Assembly: GCF_001194135.2 (NCBI RefSeq)
Contig: NC_068986.1
Location: forward strand, 75,014,518 to 75,074,010
DNA: 59,493 bases
DNA from: Octopus bimaculoides
Taxonomy: Eukaryota
Reading direction: 5' to 3'
Made by a program: the position numbers and the translations under genes. The notes below the pieces were generated by a model that saw only the letters and a program-made list of their open reading frames with translations, made no database searches and was not told the origin of the DNA. Below, piece by piece: positions 1 to 13,681 of the stretch (its first letter is position 1; each line of letters begins with the position of its first letter).

Positions 1-29
1 CATTTATTATTATTATTATTATCATTATT

Positions 30-97
<68 letters not shown>
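1..97. repeat. Compound (ATT)n(ATC)n microsatellite
   Basis: Directly visible trinucleotide run. Confidence 0.95.
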
Positions 98-1546
98 TTT
101 AAAAGTAACGTATCACTACATTTATGGTTTCAACATTATCTTCTATATTTTGGTTTCTTAGAACTCTTTAAATTATGTATGTTCTCTTCCCTTCTTCGTC
201 TACAAAACCACTACATTGCAACAGTCCTTCAGATCCACTTTCATTGAGCAAATCTACGACCAAAGTCGTTCAAGCCATGACGTTCCCACCTACGAGATGG
301 TTGGCTATCATCGTGAGAAAGATTTACCTGCTTCTTTTAGCATTTCGAATAATCACGTATAAACAGATGAAAATGTGTGTTTCAACTAACTGAATTTTCA
401 TAACACCAATTAATATTTCCTCATCTGCAATCATCAATTCCTTTTTTAAAATAAATAACAAACGTGAGTAAAACAGAAACCTGTAGACGTTTATCACTTC
501 CTGTAAAATAAAGATACATATTACAAGAAATAAAATTTCTTTTGCTCTTATATGCCTTCGGAGATCATATGTTTTCTTGAACTCTCTACTCTAAGCTGTG
601 CTTGTGATCAAACAAAAGGATCACAGTGACATGAAGCATAGAGTGTACTGCCGCATTGTTTTACTTAAAATGTGACGGAAAGGCTCACTTGAAATTCAAT
701 ATGTTAAGGAACGTTTGTTATTTTTTATAATACGGATATATTTATGATGTCATTAAAAATATCACTTATAGTTTCTGTTTTGGAGGGTTGTATTTTAAGA
801 AGCAGATACACGACACCAACAACATTTTAAAAGCTGCAACAACTAGCGTGTGCTAAACAGAAAATTGTAGCTAGTTTTGCTGTAAAAATGTCACTTCAGA
901 AAGAAACCAGAATTGAAGAACTCTCTCTTTCTCCCCGTCTTTCTCTTTTTCTCATTATATCTCTCTCTCACTCTTTCTCTTTCTATTTCCCTCTCCCTTT
1001 CCGTCTCATTATTTTTTCATTTGTTTGATCCTAAAATCTTATTATAACAAATGCCATTTCCATGTTCATATATCCACCAGGTTTTTACAAGACACTCTTA
1101 CCTGTCGAACATGTAGCAAGTTCTTCATATCCACGGAATATCAGAATGTTCTTATGTTTAATGAAGATATTTTTTGCATCATCTCTGTCACTTGCAACAC
1201 CTGCATCGTTATTATACAGAATTTCTATATATTTTAAATATTGAATATACTACTTGCCTTGGCAATAGACATTCTAAAATGATATTCAGTTTATGTTTTG
1301 AAGATGGCTGAAACGATAGGGCACTGCACCCTTTGACATTATAATATTTAGATTCTGACCTCCCTTCTGGGTTTCAAACCGTGCCATATTTCACAACAAA
1401 ATAGACGAAAGAGGTTGAAAGTAGTATCCTCCTCTCTGCAGTAGACGAAGTCGTATCTTAAGGTACAATTAGTGGGCATTCAATCATCTCGATCATATAT
1501 CTTAAGCTAGACTCGTCAACAAGTATGATATTATGACATTCAACAA

Positions 1547-1760
1547 TAAGACGGCAGGCTGGCAGAATCTTTAGCACCGCCCGGCAAACTGCTTTGTGGC
1601 ATTTAGTTCGTTTTTACATTCTGGGTTCAAATTCCGCCGAGGTCGACTTTGCTTTTCCCTTTCGGGGTTGATAAAATAAGTATCAGTTGACCACTGGGGT
1701 CGATGTAATCGACTTACCTCCTCTCCCGAAATTGCTCACCTGGTGCCAAAATTTGAAACC
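1547..1760 (+). mobile_element. tRNA-derived SINE, family A (GGCGAGCTGGCAGAA head), with 17-bp TSD
   Basis: A-box-like TGGCAGAATC and B-box-like GGTTCAAATT. ATTATGACATTCAACAA is duplicated at 1530-1546 and 1761-1777. Many similar copies occur in the window. Confidence 0.85.
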
Positions 1761-2764
1761 ATTATGACATTCAACAAATATGTACAATATGTACAGTTTC
1801 TTCCAATAATTTTTCTTCACTTCTCTGCACAGCTCCAACTTTATGCTAATGTGAAGAAAAAATCATTAATTATTAATATCCGTTAACATATTTTACAGGC
1901 CTGATTTTAGTAACACAGAACTAATAACGCATTGCTTTTAAAATTTAATATGGTACATATTTCAAAGGATTAAATCAGTTATAATCTTATTTGGGCTTGT
2001 TAGATAGAGATGTTACATATTTTATAACTTATTATACGCCTAAACTAAATGATAAAGCTTTGTGAATCATCCATGTTTATATTTTGTGTATTGTGTTTTA
2101 TTTCTCAATAAAACTGACATCTCTCCTTCTATTCATTATTCATTTATTCTCTTGGCAATTTAAGATGGAAGTCCGATTACGTCTTATAGGTTGTATTTAT
2201 TTTCTTAGATATTTCAATTAAAGAATAAGTATTCATAAATATCTGCATACAATGAATCTATTATGTATGTATCTATTTTATTCATGCACACTTCTCTTCA
2301 TATCTATCCATGCACACATATATTTCATGTATATGTATGCATGTTTATGTATATGCATGTATGTATGTATGTGCGTACGTATAATATATGTGTGTGTATC
2401 TGTGTGTGCGCGCGCTTGTTTGTGTCTGCGTTTGTGTGTCTGTTGGTATGTATGTTTATATGTATGGTTATATATGATATATGTATATCATATTAAATAT
2501 ATATGCATAGATAGAAACTGACATATGCATATTTGCACACACACACACACACATATACATACACACACACACAGAGTTTCTTGAAAGTGACTTTGAAATT
2601 TAATCGGTAGTGATTTATACAGACAATCCATGAGTTTAAACATGCCACCAGTGGCATCATTTCGAAATTACAAGTAAAAAAAAAACGATAATGAAAGAAT
2701 TTATACATGTATTGAGTCCATTATTTATTCATGGAGTTGTGTGGGTGCAAATTAAACCAGATTA

Positions 2765-3060
2765 AGTCTACTACCCAGGTAGGCCATAGAGGGATTTGAA
2801 CTCATGCAAAAATCGAAACAAATACTAAAAGGCATCAAGTCCGATGTTCTTACAGTTTCTTCTCATCCGCTGCCTTAGAGTGGTACTTTTTAATCAACCC
2901 AGAAATGTTGAAAAGCAAAGTTGATAGTGACAGGATTTGAACTCAGAACGCAGATACTCGGAACAAATGCCGCAATGTGTCGAGCGTTCTTAGAATACCG
3001 GCAATCCACCACCTTGGGTGTGTATTTTTTTTTTATCGACACCGAAAGGGTAAAAGGCAA
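2765..3060 (-). mobile_element. Degraded family-A SINE fragments (stacked)
   Basis: Recurring motifs GGATTTGAACTCA, AAGCAAAGTTGA and GAAAGGGTAAAAGGCAAAG match the reverse complement of family A. Confidence 0.6.
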
Positions 3061-4929
3061 AGTTTAGGTTCGTTTGCTCTATCATAGATTTGTGTTAGGA
3101 CCAAAAGATACGAAGGGTACTACTGCTCTCTGTTTTGCCATTAGTACCATCTTTGTTTCAAGATAAAGAAATTAAGTCACGATTGACTCGATGCGACGAA
3201 GATGCAAAACGTTACACATGTCACATTGCCATCTGAAAATAAGCACTGAACAAAATGAAGCTGTTGGCATGATTTTAAGTCTGCACATGCTCTGCTGAAG
3301 GTGAGATTTCTTCCCTTCTATCATATCATGTAATTCCTGTTATTTATATTTCAGACATATTGATATATATCAGTTTGAGTAATTAGAACTCATTAAAAAA
3401 GATGGGCAGCTTTCTTACTGAATTAGCAAGCAAAGTGTCTGAGTAGTGCACAGGAATATGTATCCTTAGCGTAAATCTCAAGTAGAATCAGCATGAAACA
3501 ATGCGACAAAGTAAGACCTTTGGATTACAGATAAAATCTATCTGACAGGCTTCTGCAAACATTTTTACCGTCCATTTTCAATCGTAAGTTTGGGTTAATC
3601 CGGAGCTATGATAAAGGTACTTGTCCGAGATGCTAACCAAACCAGGGATGAGGCCAAAACAGGGACATCACGGTTTCGAGACGAACATTTTAGACCTTTA
3701 CCCATGCCTGCAAGCAAAATGGCGTCCATTAACCAACCACTTGAGCATATTGAATTACCTGCCCTTTGAATGACTCAAGCAGAGTCTACTCTGCTGCCGG
3801 CACTCGGTCCAGGTTTACTGTCTATGGAGATCTTTAACTTACTCTAGCCAACCACCAGTCACAGAGGACCTGAAAAAGTCGTGTGCTGCCATTTCTTCTC
3901 TAAACCATTAAAAATAAATAAAAAAATAATAATTGTAAGTAGTCTTCATTGTTACAATGATTTTTTAAAGAAAACTTTACAATTTTTTCCCGTTGTGTCA
4001 AGGTTAACATTTTTTTTATTTAGTTGTAAATCATCAATAGCATTGCAACGGAAACAGTTAAACAGTTTGGTAGAATTAACAACATTGTTCTGTTACTAAC
4101 TTTACAAATTTCAACTGAGAAACATTAATCTTCTTCAAGCGTCTCTCTGTCTATCTAAACACAATACTTGCCTTAATCTGTTCTCATGTCTTGCCGTCTT
4201 ATGTATATGCGTGTACGTGGAAGTGCTTTTATGCATATCAGTTCGTCTTCCTGTGCCGGTGTTTTGCGTGTGTGTATATGTATGTGTGTGTGTGAAAGTG
4301 TCTGTGCGTGTATGTATATGTAAATGTTTATGTGTGTGTATGTTTGTGTAGGGCAGTATGTGTTTTGTGCTTGTTGTGTGTTTGTGCGTGTGTCTTTGTG
4401 TATGTGCATTTCCGTTCGTTTTGTTGCCTGTGAAACGTAGTATTAGCGTGTATTTTGTGAGCATGCGTGTATGTGTGTAAGAAAGAGATAGAGTGAGAGT
4501 GTGTGTGTGTATGAGAGAAAGAAATAAAGAAAGAAAGAAAGAAAGAGAGAAAGCGAGTGAGAGAGCGATACAAAGAAAGAGGACAGTGGTGTGTGTGTGT
4601 GCGCGCGTGCTTGTGTGTGTGTGTGTGTGTGCTTCTATGCTTGTGTGAGTTGTACTACTCAAACAACGACCTCTGCTTCGAAGAAGTATCAGTTTACATC
4701 ACAATTCACCTGGAACCTCATCAATCCTCTTTCTTCTAATATTTCTGGAGGTCACTTCTAAATAGATTTCCCGAACACTACGTGTGATCTTTCAACTAAA
4801 CCAGAGCGTCATTTGCGATATTCATTCCACAGATTTGTTGATGTGATCAGAGCTAAGCTGAAAAGTCAGGGCCATAAAGTGTCTCCTTATAATATTCCTC
4901 TACACATTTTATGTTTTATGTTTTCTTTT

Positions 4930-5030
4930 CCGTTTACTTGTTTCAGTCACTGGACAGCGGCCATGCTGGTACACCGCCTTGAAGATCTTTGCGGAACAAA
5001 TAAACCCTGGTGCTTACAAATATTTTTAGA
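4930..5030 (-). mobile_element. Family-B SINE 3' fragment
   Basis: TTACTTGTTTCAGTCA...GCGGCCATGCTGG...CACCGCCTT matches the copies at 31460 and 43590. Confidence 0.65.
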
Positions 5031-5094
5031 GACAGGTTTAATTTCTAAGTCAGATATATGCAAGGTACAGTTGGGTGATATCCTTAATATCAGT

Positions 5095-5311
5095 GTCAAA
5101 TTTTGGCACCGGGACGGCAATTTTAGATGGAATAATAAGTCGATTTCATCGACTCCAGTACTCAACTGGTATTTATTTTATCGATCTCGAGAGGATGAAA
5201 GCTAAAGTCGACGTCGGTGGAATTTTTGAGCTCAGAACAAAAAGACAGACGAAATGTCTATAAGCATTTTCCCCGGTGTGCCGACGATTCTAACATCTCG
5301 CCACCTTTGGG
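5095..5311 (-). mobile_element. Family-A SINE with ~15-bp TSD
   Basis: Reverse-complement match to family A. ATCC(T/C)TAATATCAGT at 5080-5094 and 5312-5326. Confidence 0.8.
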
Positions 5312-5774
5312 ATCCCTAATATCAGTAGACGTGCGGTTACATCAGCTAATCAAAAACCATGCACTATTCACTACAAATAATAGCTGAAAAACGATTGGTA
5401 AACCTAGAAACAGCGCTCCAAATGAACCTGATAACTGGTTTAAGTTTTTTGACAGCAGCAGAATTTCTTAATATCTATATATATTATCCATATCGTTTGG
5501 CATCCATGAATCATGTCGATAATGCCAACGTGATGACATTTTCGCATGTAGGATTTATACACAGACTCACAAAGCACACACACGCGAGCGCACACACACA
5601 CATATGTATATATATTTGTCTATGCTTTTATGAATAAATAAATATGTATATATATACCTACATATACACGCGTACACATATATGTATTTATACATATAAA
5701 AGTGTATATCTATGAATGTATGTATCTCTCTCTCTCCCTCTCTCTCTTTCTATATATAAATATATGTATGTATG

Positions 5775-5823
<49 letters not shown>

Positions 5824-6139
5824 NNNNNNNNNNNNNNNNNNNNNNNNNNNNNNNNNNNNNNNNNNNNNNNNNNNNNNNNNNNNNNNNNNNNNNNNNNNNN
5901 NNNNNNNNNNNNNNNNNNNNNNNNNNNNNNNNNNNNNNNNNNNNNNNNNNNNNNNNNNNNNNNNNNNNNNNNNNNNNNNNNNNNNNNNNNNNNNNNNNNN
6001 NNNNNNNNNNNNNNNNNNNNNNNNNNNNNNNNNNNNNNNNNNNNNNNNNNNNNNNNNNNNNNNNNNNNNNNNNNNNNNNNNNNNNNNNNNNNNNNNNNNN
6101 NNNNNNNNNNNNNNNNNNNNNNNNNNNNNNNNNNNNATA

Positions 6140-6177
<38 letters not shown>

Positions 6178-6245
6178 GACATATATGTATATATATACAT
6201 ATCCATATATACATGGATATATGTGTATGTGTATATATATATGTT

Positions 6246-6288
<43 letters not shown>

Positions 6289-6756
6289 AGCTCTATATAT
6301 ATATATAAACATCACATTCTGTAAGTGGTAGGACGTTGTAGCTATTACTATAAAGATAGAAGAAATTATTAATAACCTCCAGAGAAACAAAATTATTGGG
6401 AACACTTGGCTTCTCTTAAAACCGAAGTGATGACAATATCGCGTAGTTATGGCTTCAGTGAGGAATATTTTAGCTTCGATACATCTGTCCATGTCGATCA
6501 ATAGCATCTATGTTGTGAGGAGTTTTATGACTAAACCTCGTACTGCCAACAGCCTGGTAAACCAAGTAAAATGATTATCTCTTCTATACTGTGCTTAAAT
6601 CAATAATAGACCAATACAGACATATTTCATATGTCGCATGATTGCTTTACCAATGGTAAACACTGTTGTTTTATATGCAGTCTGCTTATGTATGTGCATA
6701 GATATATACATACATACATACATACATACATACATACATACATACATACGTATGTT

Positions 6757-6792
<36 letters not shown>

Positions 6793-7171
6793 CATATATN
6801 NNNNNNNNNNNNNNNNNNNNNNNNNNNNNNNNNNNNNNNNNNNNNNNNNNNNNNNNNNNNNNNNNNNNNNNNNNNNNNNNNNNNNNNNNNNNNNNNNNNN
6901 NNNNNNNNNNNNNNNNNNNNNNNNNNNNNNNNNNNNNNNNNNNNNNNNNNNNNNNNNNNNNNNNNNNNNNNNNNNNNNNNNNNNNNNNNNNNNNNNNNNN
7001 NNNNNNNNNNNNNNNNNNNNNNNNNNNNNNNNNNNNNNNNNNNNNNNNNNNNNNNNNNNNNNNNNNNNNNNNNNNNNNNNNNNNNNNNNNNNNNNNNNNN
7101 NNNNNNNNNNNNNNNNNNNNNNNNNNNNNNNNNNNNNNNNNNNNNNNNNNNNNNNNNNNNNNNNNNNNNNN

Positions 7172-7209
<38 letters not shown>

Positions 7210-7282
7210 CATATACACACACCATAAACATATATTTATGCATATGTGTGTTTATGAGTATATGATGCTGTGTGTGTGTGTT

Positions 7283-7318
<36 letters not shown>

Positions 7319-7452
7319 AATGCTATGACGATTCCTACATGTAATTGAATTTATTGAATTGCGTAGACAGACATTTAAATGCACACAATCATACAGACAC
7401 ACATAGGAATACATCACACACACACATAAATATATACTTATACATACATATT

Positions 7453-7493
<41 letters not shown>

Positions 7494-8276
7494 AAGTGTA
7501 ACGTGTGTGTGTGTGTGCAAGTGTAACGTGTGTGTGTGTTTGTGCGTGTGCCTGTACGCAATATAGATATACGCTCACAGACATATGTATGTATGTGGTC
7601 ATTGACTATAATGGTGCAGGTATTTGTATGCATACAGATGCGTCTTCGTGTGTGTCTATATGTGTATGAATGTGTAAAGCGATTCATAATGTTGTGCATA
7701 TTTACATAAACTCATATATATTACTACATAATTGTAACTAAGCTTTATTACACACATCATAGAATATATTTAATATGAATGTTTAATGAAGGAGATAAAA
7801 TATGGTGAGAGGGCGGTGAGAAGAAGAGAATAAAAGAAAAAATAAAGGCAAAAGTGTGTCTGTGTTCACCACTTCGATATTATTTCAACAATTCTCCATT
7901 AAAAACCGGGGGAGTAATTGAGAGCAAATTAATAATTACTGCCTTCTCATACAGTGAAAAGTGTCTGCAATATGGCGGCAACAAAGACATGATACTATAA
8001 CAATTATTGGCGGAAATACAAGTAAAATATTCCAAATACAAGTAAAATATTCCAAATATTCCTCTAGATTGTCAGTGGTCACTTTGGTTGCTGGTGTCTT
8101 TTATTAATAAACATGACAGTTAGGCTGTGGTGTAGCTCTGTAAATATTTTGTCGCCCTTTCCACGCACGCACACACGCACGCACGCACGCACGCACACAC
8201 GCACACACGCACGCACACACACACACACAAACACTCGTGTTTAATGTATAATGTTATATATATATGTATATATGTA

Positions 8277-8312
<36 letters not shown>

Positions 8313-8459
8313 GTTTCTATATAGCAGCATAATAATGTTGGGTATGTCCGGTCGATAAGCAACGTATGCATTTCATTCAGTTTGGTATTCCTAATTATTA
8401 TGTCTCTCTCTTCCCCCCCCCCCACATTCTTTTAAACAAAGCCTAACTTTTTGCTCCCA

Positions 8460-10500
8460 ACTTTACTAATATCCCTAGGACAGATATTGACATAATTTTG
8501 GCAGCCGGAAAGACCCTTATTAACTTTAAAGAACATAACTGGAGTAGATCGGAGTCTACGGACTATTTTGATATAACTATGGGTCCGTCTGATTCAGTAA
8601 AGGTGACGGATTTAGTGTGCCCATATCTCCTCTACCAGGTTAAAAGTAGCTTTCCACATATATTCGGAGGTCTTTATAGGGATGATGCGCTTCTTGCTAC
8701 TCATGGCGTATATAAAACCAGCGCTAGAAAGGATAAATATGCCCTTAGGAAATTTTTATTAATTTTTTTCAACCTCTTCATTACTTCTGATACTAATTCT
8801 AAGGTAGTAAATTTTCTGGACCTCACGTTGGATCTTAATACTGAATTATAGTACCCATGTCGAAAACCCAGTCAATCCCTGCAATACATTAACGTCTCTT
8901 CTAATCATCCTAGCTTAACTATCAACAGCATTTTTACAGCTATTTCTATTAGAATTTCAAATTATCTGCCAATGAGGAGATCTTTCATCAGCATGCCCCA
9001 GTTAACAATAACGCCTTGAAACTAAGTGGCTTTAATGAGCAAATTTCTGACATACCTAACATTAAACATAAAAGAAAATTCGCACATATATCTCCTAACT
9101 CTGTCTCTAAAACTATTAGTGTAAACCCTGTATTGATAAACAAAGGTACAGATAAGCCAATTGATAATTACATCATACCTACCGGAATACAACATAATAA
9201 TAAATATACAAAAATATCATATGTAGAAACATCCTAATCCTGAAAAGTCTAACATGATTAAACAATCCAATTCTAGAAAAAGCTAAATAATTCGGCTTGT
9301 TCCCCACTTTTTCTCTTAGAGTTAAAAACTTGCCTAAGTTGTTCTTCAATATCTTGAAATCTAATTTTCCAAAGTACAACAAATGTTACTCAATTTTTAA
9401 TAAATCTTCGATAAAATTCTCCTACTACACAATGCTCAATCTAGGATCTATTATAGCTTCCATAAATAGAAGGAATATAAAGCGTCAATCGAATATAGTC
9501 TCTAACATTAATTATGAACCTAATGTAGGCCCAAGTAATAATAGCAATTCTAAAATAATAAATCTAAGTAAATCTAAATTTAATAATGTTAATCCATGTC
9601 AACCTTTGGTAGTTATAGATCTTGATACCCCACCCCAAATAAAAAAGCAAAAAACAATAATAGGAATGATAGCAGAACAGTTTAAAAAATAATATGTAGC
9701 TATGCAATCCTCGAATCATGTCAACTTTCCAGTTCATATCTTAGGAAAAATGTGGTGTATAAATTTACAGTAAAAGTGGATAACCAAAAAACTAAAGTAT
9801 ATATAAGAAGCTCTGCTGGTTTTAAAGGAGATATAGGGCCCATTTAAATTCCTTTTCTAAAGCTAAGTATGTGAAGGCGCGTGGCTTAGTGGTTATGGTG
9901 TCAGTTTCATGATCGTAAGATTGTGGTTTCTATTCCTGGACAGGGCGACGCGTTCTGTCCTTGAGGAAAATACTTCATTTCACGTTCTTCCAGTTCACTC
10001 AGCTGGCAAAAATGAGTAACGCTGCGATAGACTTGCGTCCCGGTCAACTGAGGAACACATACGCCATTGTAACCGGGAAACCGGGGCCATGAGCCTGGCT
10101 AGCCTTTAAAAGGGCGCATTTATTTATTTATTAAGGCTAAGTATTAAACCTCAGCGACTCTCGCCTCTTATAAACACCACCTAAGAGACAGCAACACTGA
10201 TTATACTTTATCCTAGTCCATAATTACGGAGCCCCCTCCCCTTATAGTGCTAGTTTGAATGGATGCAAGTTATGTATAAGGGGATAACATTTCATCCATA
10301 GATCATATAATTCAAACACGTTAAATAAATTCCCTGATGTAATTCCTTCATAAGTTCCATTCCACTTATTTAAAATTTATAGAACCAAACACATTGTATG
10401 ATCGATTTGGAAGAGTGCCTGCAATTTGAAACCTTTTAGCTTTTAATACTGTGAAGATTCCAATATATTCCAATAAAACCGAAACGCACGGGAAAGCATT
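8460..10500 (+). mobile_element. Decayed Penelope-like element (PLE): RT C-half plus GIY-YIG endonuclease
   Basis: Translations give FDITMG, GGLYRDD (YRDD at 8675-8686), NSKVVNFLDLTLDL, YINVSSNHP, PTFSLRVKNLPKLFFNILKSNFPK...KFSYYTM, KNVVYKFTV...KVYIRSSAGFK and CKLC. These are typical Penelope RT and GIY-YIG motifs, broken by stops and frameshifts. Confidence 0.9.
9871..10135 (+). mobile_element. tRNA-derived SINE inserted in the PLE GIY-YIG domain, with (TTTA)n tail and 9-bp TSD
   Basis: tRNA-like head GGCGCGTGGCTTAGTGGTTA. GCTAAGTAT at 9862-9870 and 10136-10144. PLE-like translation resumes after it. Confidence 0.85.
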
Positions 10501-10569
10501 CGCAACATAAATACATCATTGCCCCTCGCTTAGTTTTTAACTAACGCTATATCAATATTCGTGTAAAAT

Positions 10570-11060
10570 ATGGGAGCTGTTTCTGTCGCAGCCTGTATCT
10601 ACTTTCACTACAGGACAGAATGTCTGGGTGATCAACCTTGTAAGCATTGGGTTGGTTTTGCTTTCCGGAATACAAGAAGTCTGAATGTTGTGGAACAATC
10701 CCATAGATTCCGCTCAAGAATTATGCCATTATATGCCAATGTTGCAGGAATGACAGATGTAACATTAGTGTGCATGCGCCAACACTATTAGCATTTAGCA
10801 CATAGAACGATAGCTTCTATGATGAGCTCTATCAGAACCTTGTAAACATATTATCTATAAGCTATTATTTATTTTTGATGACATAGGCAGTCATGATATT
10901 GAGCATAAAACTGTGAGTGCACACTTCTGGCTACCCGTGACTCATGAATAGCACAGAGTGTTATGCTAATATGCTGCTTCATCAGTAAAACAATCTGGCA
11001 ACATTCACTTAGTAAACACTTCTATCAACCTGATCCCTAGCCTGATTGGAAATGTGATAG
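10570..11060 (+). mobile_element. RTE-type LINE AP-endonuclease relic
   Basis: HWVGFAFRN and, in another frame, VHAPTL...NDSFYDELYQNL resemble RTE APE motifs GVGFAI..N and SVYAPT..KD.FY..L. Confidence 0.6.
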
Positions 11061-11739
11061 GAAATTTATTAAATTGGTTCGAATTCCTTCTACCCCTTTG
11101 GTTAGATTATAAATTGCTGACGGCTACGTGTATAATTTAGATTCAGCAAAAGCAACATCCAATTTAAAAGATGGAACCTAAACCAAAACTCAAGCTTAAT
11201 GTATAAAAACTTAAAGATCATAAGATCAATCGAAATGTCAAGCTAAATTCAATTCAGCACTCAAAAAACTCCAAAATAAAAATAATCCCTCTGCTGTTGA
11301 CATCTGATCCCAACGTATTGTTGCGTCTCAGAAGTAAACGTAAACTTCGAAATTAGTCTCATGAAAATGATAACCTCAGCTCAAGGTTATTTGATGAACA
11401 ACATCTACTTTACAAGTTCTGGTCAAAGGATAAAACATCTGTTAAAATGCAGCAAGCTTATTTCAATATTTGGGAAAGAGTTAGGTCAACGCTTTGTAGA
11501 ATGAGAGGAGAATGACGGTGTAAAGTAGAGTTGCTGATCACTAAGAATTTTTTTACATGAATGGCATCAAATCCTACAATGATAGTTTAAAGATTTTATG
11601 GACCACAAGGGAGTCTAAAGTCGCCCTTGGTGTGATAATGAACTCAGAATACAAAGTGCGGGAATAATTTTTCCGACGATCTAATGATTCTGCTTGTTCA
11701 ACGTTTTAATTGTTTCTAATTTAGCACTAGGCCAGACAT

Positions 11740-12250
11740 TGTGAAGGGAGTCTGTCGAGATGGGATTAAACAGTGATCAGACAATCTGTTGATGACAACA
11801 AAGGATAAAAGATAATAAAAGATAAAGATTGTTTTGGAGAAATGGTAAATATATCGGTTCATTAGAAGAACTGATACACGTGCAAGAAAACGAATATGTG
11901 AGGGTAGGAATACAGGTAGGTGAGGATAATCTGGAACATGAAACAATACATTCTCGTTTCAGCAGTAATTCAAGTATAAGAGGTGTGACAGATTAGAGGA
12001 GTTGTTTGTATTGAAATTAGGAAGAATGAATTGTTGAGTAGCAGCGCGGAAGGACACTTTTAATATAATGGAAAAATTATGGAGGTTGGAGGAGGGTGTT
12101 AGTGATAACAGGCGGACCTAGATGAATCGGAAAGAAATATTGTTTTGTCAAAATAACTGAAAAACTTCAGAGACGATGTTGAAGTAAGAACTGAGTATGC
12201 GAGGCACGTTTATAATCTGTATATTTCTGGTTTCATTATGTAATTGTTGC
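11740..12250 (-). mobile_element. CR1/L2/Jockey-group AP-endonuclease relic
   Basis: Minus-strand FILPNFNTNN (a GDFN-like motif) lies upstream of LSDHCLI (the SDH motif). Heavily decayed. Confidence 0.45.
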
Positions 12251-13623
12251 AATTTGATGAGAATAGTAGTAGTAGGTTGTACCGAAATATATAGAATTAT
12301 GAAAAAAGAAGACAGTAGACAACAAAATGAGGGTTAGGTTTTGAAGAATATTCTAGTCATAAATAATTTATACCATATCCTACCTATCAATATATCAACA
12401 TCACCCATTATGACTACATAAATGCATACAAGTATGTACACATATATTATATGTTTGAGGGTTCATGCACATATGTGTGGCTGAACCACAACATATGAAT
12501 AAATAAATAAAAAAATCATTTAAAAGTGGCATAAAATTAATGTTGTGAATGGAAGTTTGATTGTCTGCAGAAACATTCACCGAAAGCATTGAGGTTATTG
12601 TACAGTTGACTTTTTATGAGAGATCAACACCTACGCACTCCCTCGTCTATGTCTGAAGCTGTTAATGGATAATCTGATGTATTCAACCAACACATATATA
12701 CCGTTTGTCCAGTTGTGTCCATAAAGTTTTCGCGTACATTTTACACAACTATGTAGATAGATGAACGCAACATTTGTTTTGGAGGTATGACTAAAAAACG
12801 AAATTTTTAGTTAAATGTAGAGGTGAAATGAAAAGATTTAACGTGCATGATGTCCTGAAAACGATCGCTGATAAAAGTAAAAAAAAAATTGCCACGGAAC
12901 GTCGGTAGTGTGTCGAAAAAGGTTGTATTTTATTATTGAAATGAAACAGGTTTCTAGTACATCCAAAGAAACTCCAAATTCCGAAGAGAGCAGGTAGAAT
13001 CTATTAACTAACCCACAGTAATTCAGTGGTAATTTATTTTGTTGACTATGGAATTATGAAAGAAAAAGATGACTCCAAATTGATTTCAAAGTCAAAAGAT
13101 AAAGGGGGATAATTAACTTTATTTCTTTACCGATTCTGCTGGGAGAGTTAATGTACAATAATAGTTTAATAGTTTCAACTGACTGTATATATTTCTACAA
13201 TATATTTTTATATTTTTTCAACTTCGACTGATGAGAGATGAAGTTTACTTTTGAATGCTTCAAATTAGATGATAGCAGTAAGATACTAAATACTCTATGG
13301 TATTTTCTTTGATCGGTTTATGTAACTTTTATCTCACCATTTTTATGTTGTGACTGTATACAATGCGTATGTGTGTGTGTGTGTGTGCGTGTGTGTGTGT
13401 GCGCGTGTGTGTGTGTGTGTGTGTGTATGTGTGTGTGTGTGTGCATAAATTTATGGACATCAAATTCGTGTATTAGTTTAAGACACAAATTTAAGAATAA
13501 CAATGGAGTGCATTAATGAAGTGTCATTTCGTTTACTGATCGGGAGATTACATAAAAAGTAGAGTTAACTTTATAGTGAAGTTCCAGTCAACTTGTTCCA
13601 TCTCTCACTTTCTCTCTGTTTGT

Positions 13624-13681
<58 letters not shown>

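Noticed and set aside
4813-5205. 130-aa ORF
   Set aside because: Most of it reads through two SINE fragments, and the short unique part has no convincing donor.
5688-7699. Long ORFs rich in YI/HT/CV and X (also at 25.4-27.4, 32.3-33.0, 44.2-45.0 and 56.3-56.7 kb)
   Set aside because: They arise from dinucleotide or tetranucleotide microsatellites and N-gaps that lack stop codons.
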